A stretch of 64,000 nucleotides of DNA from Longimicrobiales bacterium (GTDB taxonomy: Bacteria > Gemmatimonadota > Gemmatimonadetes > Longimicrobiales > Gaopeijiaceae). Where the stretch lies: the NCBI GenBank assembly GCA_965204735.1, contig OZ242008.1:2880001-2944000 (forward strand), written 5' to 3'. A model generated the notes under the pieces. That model saw only the letters and a list, made by a program, of their open reading frames with translations. It ran no database searches and had not been told where the DNA came from. Position 1 is the first letter of the stretch; each line of letters starts with the position of its first letter. Shown here in pieces: positions 57,463 to 64,000 of the stretch. Position numbers and translations under genes: made by a program.

Positions 57463-59004
57463 TTACGAGTCGGTGCGCGCCTCGGGTTCCGGCGGGGCGT
57501 CCCCGCCCCGGCTCGTCGCGCCCGGCGCGGCGGCGGCAGCACGTACTTGGTCCTTCATGGCCCTTGTGCCGCCCCGCAGGGAGTAGGCCTCGTAGCCGGC
57601 GGTCTGGAGCATGTTGGCGAGCACCGTGGAGTGGACGCCGTTGTCGCAGAAGAGCACGTAGCGCCTGTCCTTGTCCAGGGAGTCCGCCAGCTCGGGAAAG
57701 TCGGCCGGGGCCACCCGCCGCGCGCCGGCAACGCGCCAGCCGTCGTCCTGCTGGGGAAGGCGGCAATCGATCACCAGAGCGCCCGCCGGGGGCTCGTCGA
57801 TGCGCACGTAGTCCCGTGCCAAGTCGGCGGCGTCCAGGGCTCGCAGCTCCCGCACCGAGCGCCCTGCCGCCGCCCGGGTCGCCAGCGACGGGTCCAGCGG
57901 CGCTTCCTCCGCGTCCACCGCATGGACCTTGGCGGCCGTCACGGGCTTGCCTTGCAAGATCGCGCAGTACTCCTTGATCCGGGCGGAGAGGGCCGCCGTC
58001 CCGATCCGCTCCGCCAGCCGAATGATCTCCGTCTTGTCGAGCCCCACCAGCGGCCGCATGACGGGAAGCTCCACGGCCGCCTCGATGGCCCGGAGGTTGG
58101 TCAGCGTCTGGGACGACACTTGGCCCAGCGACTCGCCGGTCACGATCGCTTCGGCCCCGATCTCCATTGCCACGCCCTCTGCGGCCCTGTACATGAGACG
58201 CTTCAGCACGACTTGCCAGTAGCGCGGCGTGACTTCCTGCTGGAGGGCCGCCACCGGCTCGGCAAAGTCCACCAGGTGGATTCGCGGGCGGCATCCGTAG
58301 CTCCAGCGGTCCGCCACGACCTTTGCCACCTGCACCACCGAGCGTTCGAACGCCGGGCCGGCCAAGTTGCAGAACACGTACTCCAGCGCGACGCCCCGCT
58401 TGAGCATCAGCCACGCCGCCACCGCCGAGTCGAAGCCGCCGGAGATCAGGCAGACGGCCCTTCCCTGCACGCCGGCGGGCAAGCCGCCCGGTCCATCCGT
58501 TCGACTTCCGAAGAGGTAGGCCCGGTCGTCGCGGACCTCCACGGAAACGGTCACGTCGGGCGACGACAGGTCCACTTGGCCGTACTCGTTCAGCGCTGCG
58601 CCCAGCTGCACCCGCACGTCCTGGGAAGAGAACGAGTGGCGGCCCGTCCGACGAGCGGCGACGGCGTACTTGCGGCCGGCGACGGCATTCCGGTAGGCGT
58701 CGCAGCCGGCCCGCACGATCGCGCCCAGGTCGGCGGCGACCTCCGCGTCCACGCGGGAGAACGACCCCACGCCGAAGACTCGTTCGGCGGCTCCCATCGC
58801 CTTCGGTTGGCTGGTCTCGACGAAGATGCGGCTCCAGCGGTCGCCCACCTTGGCCTGCGCGCCTTCCGACTTCATGGCGTCGGAGAGGTTGCGGACCAAG
58901 CGCTGTTGGAAGCGCCTGCGCACTCGGTTGGACTTGCGGGTGAGCTCGGGGGCCAGCCGGACGATGAACCGCGCGGGCGCGCCGCTTTCCGGACCGCTGC
59001 TCAC
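57463..59004 (-). CDS. thiI: tRNA 4-thiouridine sulfurtransferase with THUMP, PP-loop and C-terminal rhodanese domains
   Basis: PELTRKS, GPGGLPAG, SGGFDS, TGESLGQVSSQTLTNL, RPLVGLDK, EYC, rhodanese LFCDNG..SLRGG. Confidence 0.92.
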   Translation of the reverse strand: MSSGPESGAPARFIVRLAPELTRKSNRVRRRFQQRLVRNLSDAMKSEGAQAKVGDRWSRIFVETSQPKAMGAAERVFGVGSFSRVDAEVAADLGAIVRAGCDAYRNAVAGRKYAVAARRTGRHSFSSQDVRVQLGAALNEYGQVDLSSPDVTVSVEVRDDRAYLFGSRTDGPGGLPAGVQGRAVCLISGGFDSAVAAWLMLKRGVALEYVFCNLAGPAFERSVVQVAKVVADRWSYGCRPRIHLVDFAEPVAALQQEVTPRYWQVVLKRLMYRAAEGVAMEIGAEAIVTGESLGQVSSQTLTNLRAIEAAVELPVMRPLVGLDKTEIIRLAERIGTAALSARIKEYCAILQGKPVTAAKVHAVDAEEAPLDPSLATRAAAGRSVRELRALDAADLARDYVRIDEPPAGALVIDCRLPQQDDGWRVAGARRVAPADFPELADSLDKDRRYVLFCDNGVHSTVLANMLQTAGYEAYSLRGGTRAMKDQVRAAAAAPGATSRGGDAPPEPEARTDS

Positions 59005-59020
59005 TTGGGGCCGTCCGCCG

Positions 59021-60046
59021 TCAGTTCCAGGAGAGGCCGCGCAGCTTCTCCACGTCCAAGTTGCCGCCGCTCAGCACGCACACCGTCCGCGTGCCCGCCG
59101 GAGCCTCCACGAGTCCTTCCAGCAGCGCCGCCACGGGGGACGCGGCGGCCCCCTCGGTCACCAGCTTCGTCCGGGTCATGAGCCACAGCACGGCGTCGAA
59201 GATGCGGGCGTCGGGAAGGGTCGCGATCTCGTCCACGAACCGGGAGACGACGGAGCGCGTGTGCTTGCCGACCCGCTTCACGCGAAGGCCGTCGATGGCG
59301 CACTCCACTTCGTCCAAGGTGATCCGCCGGCCCGCCTCCACGCTCTTCTTCATCGCCGGGGCGCCGGAGGACTCGACGCCCACGACGCGGACGCCCGGCG
59401 AGGCGGCCTTCACCGCCATGGACACGCCCGAGATCAGCCCGCCGCCGCCGATGGGCACGATCACGACCTGGGCGTCGGGAACGTCCTCCATGATCTCCAG
59501 GCCGACGGTCCCCTGCCCCGCGATCAGCTGGGGGTCGTCGAAGGGGTGGACGTAGGTGAGGCCCTCCGACTCCACGAGCTCGAGGGCCTTCTCGTCGGCG
59601 TCGTCCCAGATGCTGCCGTGGAGGACCACCTGAGCGCCGTAGCCCTCGGTGGCGGCCACCTTGGCGGGAGTCGCGTTCTCCGCCATCACCACCACCGCGC
59701 GGACCCCGTAGTGGCGGGCGGCCAGGGCGACTCCTTGGGAGTGGTTGCCCGCCGAGGAGCAGATGACGCCTCTGGCCCGCTCCTCCTCCGACATCCGGGC
59801 GATCTTGTTCAGGGGCCCCCGAACCTTGTAGGAGCCGCCGCGCTGGAAGAGTTCGGCCTTGAGGCTGACGTCGAAGCCGCTGGCCTGGTTCAGGGAGCGG
59901 CAGGTCAGGATCGGCGTCCGGTAGACGAAGGGCGCGACGTGCTGTTGCGCGGCCTTGAAGTCGGCAAGCCCCAGGGAAAGCTCGTCGGCGGCGGCGTCGG
60001 CCGGCCCGGCTTCGTTCGCCCTCGTCGTTTCGGCGACGCCGCTCAC
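59021..60046 (-). CDS. Threonine/serine dehydratase (PLP, no regulatory domain)
   Basis: KAELFQRGGSYKVRG, SAGNHSQG, HPFDD, GQGT, PIGGGGLISG, LSGGN; start approximate. Confidence 0.92.
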   Translation of the reverse strand: MSGVAETTRANEAGPADAAADELSLGLADFKAAQQHVAPFVYRTPILTCRSLNQASGFDVSLKAELFQRGGSYKVRGPLNKIARMSEEERARGVICSSAGNHSQGVALAARHYGVRAVVVMAENATPAKVAATEGYGAQVVLHGSIWDDADEKALELVESEGLTYVHPFDDPQLIAGQGTVGLEIMEDVPDAQVVIVPIGGGGLISGVSMAVKAASPGVRVVGVESSGAPAMKKSVEAGRRITLDEVECAIDGLRVKRVGKHTRSVVSRFVDEIATLPDARIFDAVLWLMTRTKLVTEGAAASPVAALLEGLVEAPAGTRTVCVLSGGNLDVEKLRGLSWN

Positions 60047-61059
60047 GAGCTGATCCCCGGAAGGCGCATCGGCCCGCCCAGCCATCCCCTGACCGCGTGC
60101 GGGCGATAAGGTTCTTCCAGCTCCCGGCGCTCTTCACGGGTCAGCGTCAGCTCCGTCGCCGCCGCGGCTCCGTCGATCTGCTCCACCTTGGTGAAGCCGA
60201 CGATCGGCGCCGCGACCGCCGGCCGCGACAGCAGCCAGGCCAGCGCCACCTGCACCGGCTCGGTCCCCCGCCGCTCGGCCACCCGAACGGTGGCGTCCAC
60301 CACGTCCCAGTCGGAGTCGTGGTCGTAGAGGTGGTCGGCCAGCGGCGCATCGGACTCGTCCCGGGGAGAAGCGTCGTGGCGGCCGCGCTGCCGCTTGCCC
60401 GTCAAGAGGCCTCGGGCCAGGGGCGACCATGGAATCGCGCCCAGCCCCTGATCGACGCACAAGGGCAGCATCTCCCGCTCCTCTTCCCGGTACACGAGGT
60501 TGTAGTGGTTCTGCATGGAGACGAAGCGCGCCCAGCCGTTGCGCTCCGACACCGACAGCGCCTTCATGAGTTCCCATGCGAACATGGAGCTGGCGCCGAC
60601 GTACAGGACCTTGCCGTCGCGAACCAGCTGGTCCAAGGCCGCCAGCGTCTCCTCGACGGGGGTGCTCGGGTCGGCGCGGTGAATCTGGTACAGGTCGATC
60701 CGGTCCGTGCCCAGTCGGCGCAGGCTCGCCTCGCAGGACTGAATCACGTGCTTGCGCGAAAGGCCCACCCGGTTCGGGCCGTCGCCCATCTTCAGCCGGA
60801 CCTTCGTAGCCACCACCGCCTCGTCCCGGTTCGCGTACTCCCGAACGCCCTTGCCGGTGATCGTCTCGCTGGCGCCCAGGGAGTACACGTCCGCCGTGTC
60901 GAAGAAGTTGACGCCGAGTTCCACGGCGCGACGGAAGAAGGGCATGGCTTCGGCCTCCTCCAGCACCCAGGGGCGCCACCTCTTGCTGCCGAAGCTCATG
61001 CAGCCGAGGGCGATGCGGGACACGACGAGACCGCTGCTTCCAAGTCGGGCGTACTGCAA
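60043..61059 (-). CDS. Aldo/keto reductase
   Basis: TTG with AGGAG RBS; LGCMSFG, FDTADVYS, SLRRLGTDRIDLYQIH, QNHYNL, PWSPLARG. Confidence 0.93.
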   Translation of the reverse strand: MQYARLGSSGLVVSRIALGCMSFGSKRWRPWVLEEAEAMPFFRRAVELGVNFFDTADVYSLGASETITGKGVREYANRDEAVVATKVRLKMGDGPNRVGLSRKHVIQSCEASLRRLGTDRIDLYQIHRADPSTPVEETLAALDQLVRDGKVLYVGASSMFAWELMKALSVSERNGWARFVSMQNHYNLVYREEEREMLPLCVDQGLGAIPWSPLARGLLTGKRQRGRHDASPRDESDAPLADHLYDHDSDWDVVDATVRVAERRGTEPVQVALAWLLSRPAVAAPIVGFTKVEQIDGAAAATELTLTREERRELEEPYRPHAVRGWLGGPMRLPGISS

Positions 61060-61139
61060 CGTCGCAGCTCCTTGCGGTTGTCTGGGAACGGACCTGGCGG
61101 CCGGAAGGGCAGCCGGACGCCGACAATAGCCGAAACGGC

Positions 61140-61181
61140 CCCGGTCCAACAGGCGGGAGCCCCGGTCCAACAGGCGGGAGC
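61140..61181. repeat. Perfect 21-bp tandem duplication in a divergent intergenic region
   Basis: CCCGGTCCAACAGGCGGGAGC occurs twice. Confidence 0.9.
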
Positions 61182-61283
61182 GGCTTCGAGGGCTCGCCAG
61201 CGTCCCTTCTTCGCTTGCCTCGCCTCGCGGGCGGGCGTAGCGTCTTGGTGGCCCCGACCCCAAGAAAGAGAATGGAGCCCCAG

Positions 61284-63410
61284 ATGCCACCGACCCGCTT
61301 CGCCAAGCTTTCCGTTCCGACGACTCTGCTGACGCTGGCGCTGCCCGCGGCCGGCGTCCCGACGACAGCTTCCGCACAATCCGCCCAGCAGGACGACGCC
61401 TACATCTGGCTGGAGGAGGTCGAAGGCGAGCGCGCGCTTGGCTGGGCCGTCGAGCGCAGCGGGGCGACCCTCCGGGAGTTCGAGGCGCTCCCGATCTTCG
61501 GCGAGCTGGAGGCGGCGGCGCTGGAAGTGCTCGCGTCGTCGGACCGGATCGCCTATCCGAGCATCCGAGGCGACCACCTCTACAACTTCTGGACCGACGG
61601 GAACCATCCCAGGGGCGTCTACCGGCGAACGTCGTGGGACTCCTACCTGTCGGGCGACCCCTCGTGGGAGACCGTTCTGGACATTGACCTGCTCGTCGAA
61701 GAGGAAGGAACGCCATGGGCGTACCGGGGGATGTCGTGCCTTGCGCCCGAACATCGCCGGTGCCTCGTCGCCCTCTCCCGGGGCGGCGCCGACGCCGTGG
61801 AGACGCGGGAGTTCGACTTGCAGGCGCTTGCTTTCCCGGAAGACGGCTTCTTCCTGCCGGAAGCCAAGGGCGGCGCGTCGCTGGTGGACGACGAGACGGC
61901 GATCGTGGCCACCGACTTCGGCCCCGGCACGCTGACGGCCTCGGGCTACCCCCGCCAGGCTCGCCTCTGGAAGCGCGGCACGGCGCTCGCCGACGCGCCG
62001 GTGGTCTTCGAGGCCGACGACGCCGACATGGCGGTGTTCGCCGGCTCTTGGGAGATCGGCGGAAAGACCTATGGCGCGGTCACGCACCTGCAGACGATCT
62101 TCGAGAGCACGACCCACCTGGTCATGGACGGCGAGCTTGTGCGGATCGACACGCCGCCCGACGCCTCCACCTTCATCTCCGGCGACCACTTGGTCGTGCG
62201 CACCGTTTCGGAGTGGACGGTGGGCGGCCGGACGTTCGCCCCTGCGACCGTGGTGGCCGCGAACGTCCACGACTTCCTGGCCGGCGAGCGCGACTTCGAG
62301 ATCGTTGCCGAGTCCAGCGGCAAGAGAATCGTCCAGGGAGCGTCGGCGACGAAGGACCACCTGCTGGTCGGCGTGCTGGACAACGTGCAGGGCGAGCTCT
62401 GGCGCTACGCTTGGCGGGACGGCGAGTGGTCCGGCGAGAAGTTGCCCGCGCCGCCGATGGGATCGGTTGGCGTGGTGGCGACCGACGAGCGCTTCAACCG
62501 CTTCTTCTTCACCTACAGCGGATTCACTCAGCCTACGACTTTGTACATGGCCGACGAAGACGGCTCGGTGCGGATCGTCCAGCAGCTGCCCGACATGTTC
62601 GACGCCGAGGGCTTGATGGTGAAGCAGCACCATGTCGCGTCGGCCGACGGCACCCAGATCCCCTTCTTCGTGGTGCACAAGGAAGGCATTCCTCACGACG
62701 GCACCAACCCGACGCTTCTGACGGCGTACGGCGGCTTCCAGATACCGCGCACGGCCGGCTACGACGCGCTGGCGGGGAAGGCGTGGATGGAGCGGGGCGG
62801 CGTGTACGTGCTGGCCAACATTCGGGGCGGCGGCGAGTTCGGTCCTTCGTGGTGGACGGCGGCGCTCAAGGAGAACCGGCAGCGCGCCTACGACGACTTC
62901 CTGGCGGTGGCGCAGTGGCTGGTGGACCACGGCCTCGCGTCGCCCGCGCACTTGGGCATACAGGGCGGCTCCAACGGCGGCCTCTTGGTGGGCGCCGCAA
63001 TGACCCAGCGCCCCGACCTCTTCAACGCGGTGGTGGCCCAGGTGCCTCTGCTCGACATGCGGCGCTACCACAAGCTGCTGGCGGGCGCGAGCTGGATGGC
63101 CGAGTACGGAGACCCCGACGACCCGGCCGACTGGGCCTACATCGGCAAGTACTCGCCCTATCAGAACGTGAAGCCGGACGTCGAGTATCCCCGCGCCCTG
63201 TTCACGACCACTACCCGCGACGACCGCGTCCACCCGGGACACGCCCGCAAGATGGCCGCAAAGATGACGGACATGGGCCACGACGTCCTCTACTTCGAGA
63301 ACACGGAGGGAGGCCACGGCGCTGGCGTGACGCCGGCCCAGCGAGCCAAGATGTACGCGCTGGTGTACGCCTACCTGTGGACCCAACTGGCGGGTCGCGG
63401 CGTGTCGTAG
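61284..63410 (+). CDS. Secreted prolyl oligopeptidase (S9A)
   Basis: Signal peptide, YIWLEEV, YGGF, NIRGGGEFG, GGSNGG, DDRVHP, EGGHG. Confidence 0.94.
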   Translation: MPPTRFAKLSVPTTLLTLALPAAGVPTTASAQSAQQDDAYIWLEEVEGERALGWAVERSGATLREFEALPIFGELEAAALEVLASSDRIAYPSIRGDHLYNFWTDGNHPRGVYRRTSWDSYLSGDPSWETVLDIDLLVEEEGTPWAYRGMSCLAPEHRRCLVALSRGGADAVETREFDLQALAFPEDGFFLPEAKGGASLVDDETAIVATDFGPGTLTASGYPRQARLWKRGTALADAPVVFEADDADMAVFAGSWEIGGKTYGAVTHLQTIFESTTHLVMDGELVRIDTPPDASTFISGDHLVVRTVSEWTVGGRTFAPATVVAANVHDFLAGERDFEIVAESSGKRIVQGASATKDHLLVGVLDNVQGELWRYAWRDGEWSGEKLPAPPMGSVGVVATDERFNRFFFTYSGFTQPTTLYMADEDGSVRIVQQLPDMFDAEGLMVKQHHVASADGTQIPFFVVHKEGIPHDGTNPTLLTAYGGFQIPRTAGYDALAGKAWMERGGVYVLANIRGGGEFGPSWWTAALKENRQRAYDDFLAVAQWLVDHGLASPAHLGIQGGSNGGLLVGAAMTQRPDLFNAVVAQVPLLDMRRYHKLLAGASWMAEYGDPDDPADWAYIGKYSPYQNVKPDVEYPRALFTTTTRDDRVHPGHARKMAAKMTDMGHDVLYFENTEGGHGAGVTPAQRAKMYALVYAYLWTQLAGRGVS

Positions 63411-63449
63411 GGCTTCCGTCGGCGGTCAAGCAGCAGCGGCGCGCGCGCC

Positions 63450-64000
63450 ATGACCAGGGCCGAGCTCCTCGAGATCGTCGCCAACGGCGAGAACTCGGGC
63501 GTCGAGTTCAAGCGCGACGACTTGAGGCCCGAGCAGCTGGCCAAGGAGGTCGTTGCACTCGCCAACTTCAGGGGCGGCCGCGTCCTGCTGGGCGTGGAGG
63601 ACGACGGCGCCGTCAGCGGGATTCGCCGACCGGACTTGGAGCGCTGGGTCATGGACGCCGTGTTCGGTCAAGTCGTGCACCCAATGATGCTTCCGTACTA
63701 CGAAGAGGTGGCGGTCGGCGACGACCTGCGCGTGGCGGTGATCTCGGTTGCCCAGGGAGTGACGAAGCCGTACGTGGTGCGCAGCCGAGGGCGAGAGGAC
63801 GTCTACGTGCGAGTAGGCACGACGTCCCGGCTCGCCACTCGCGAGCAGCAGGCGCAGCTCTTCGCCGCCGGCGGACTCGTGCAGGCGGACGTGTTGCCCG
63901 TTTCCGGAAGCGAGCTTCGGGACATGAGCAAGGAGAGGCTGGCGGACTACCTCGTCGAACTCCTCGGCTATCCTCAGGCCCCGCAGGACGACGACGCCTG
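63450..64000 (+). CDS. Schlafen/AlbA_2-domain ATP-binding protein (partial, runs off window)
   Basis: Hand translation: MTRAELLEIVANGENSGVEFKRDDLRPEQLAKEVVALANFRGGRVLLGVEDDGAVSGI..KPY..YVRVGTTSRLATREQ; absent from the ORF track. Confidence 0.85.
   Translation, partial: MTRAELLEIVANGENSGVEFKRDDLRPEQLAKEVVALANFRGGRVLLGVEDDGAVSGIRRPDLERWVMDAVFGQVVHPMMLPYYEEVAVGDDLRVAVISVAQGVTKPYVVRSRGREDVYVRVGTTSRLATREQQAQLFAAGGLVQADVLPVSGSELRDMSKERLADYLVELLGYPQAPQDDDA

Overview
Very GC-rich bacterial chromosomal window, densely coding. The gene content (giant Calx-beta adhesin, ankyrin protein, TonB-dependent receptors, PQQ dehydrogenase, S9 peptidases, many lipoproteins) suggests a diderm, possibly host-associated lineage such as Gemmatimonadota; this is inference only. 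Most very long ORFs in the supplied track are antisense shadows. The track also misses two real genes that run off the window ends: a >2570-aa minus-strand adhesin (7714 to <1) with five ~756-bp tandem repeats, and a Schlafen/AlbA_2 protein (63450 to >64000). Housekeeping content includes pstSCAB-B, cls, dnaE, thiI, a cyclophilin, a DtxR/MntR regulator, a threonine dehydratase and a YbdK-like ligase. The standout is a co-oriented minus-strand block at 41958-51662: orphan type III Res-like helicase-nuclease, 5'-3' exonuclease, ABC-ATPase/TOPRIM (OLD-like) copy 1, a triple ubiquitin-like protein ending in Gly, an E2-fold protein (WSRH), a JAB-E1 fusion, and ABC-ATPase/TOPRIM copy 2. This is a bacterial ubiquitin-like conjugation cassette sandwiched between two paralogous OLD-like nucleases. 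Also notable: an orphan CRISPR-like mini-array (three ~37-bp repeats, two 36-bp spacers, 26578-26760), an 11-bp VNTR, many micro-duplications and one frameshifted hydrolase. Start codons were chosen by eye. No database searches were run.
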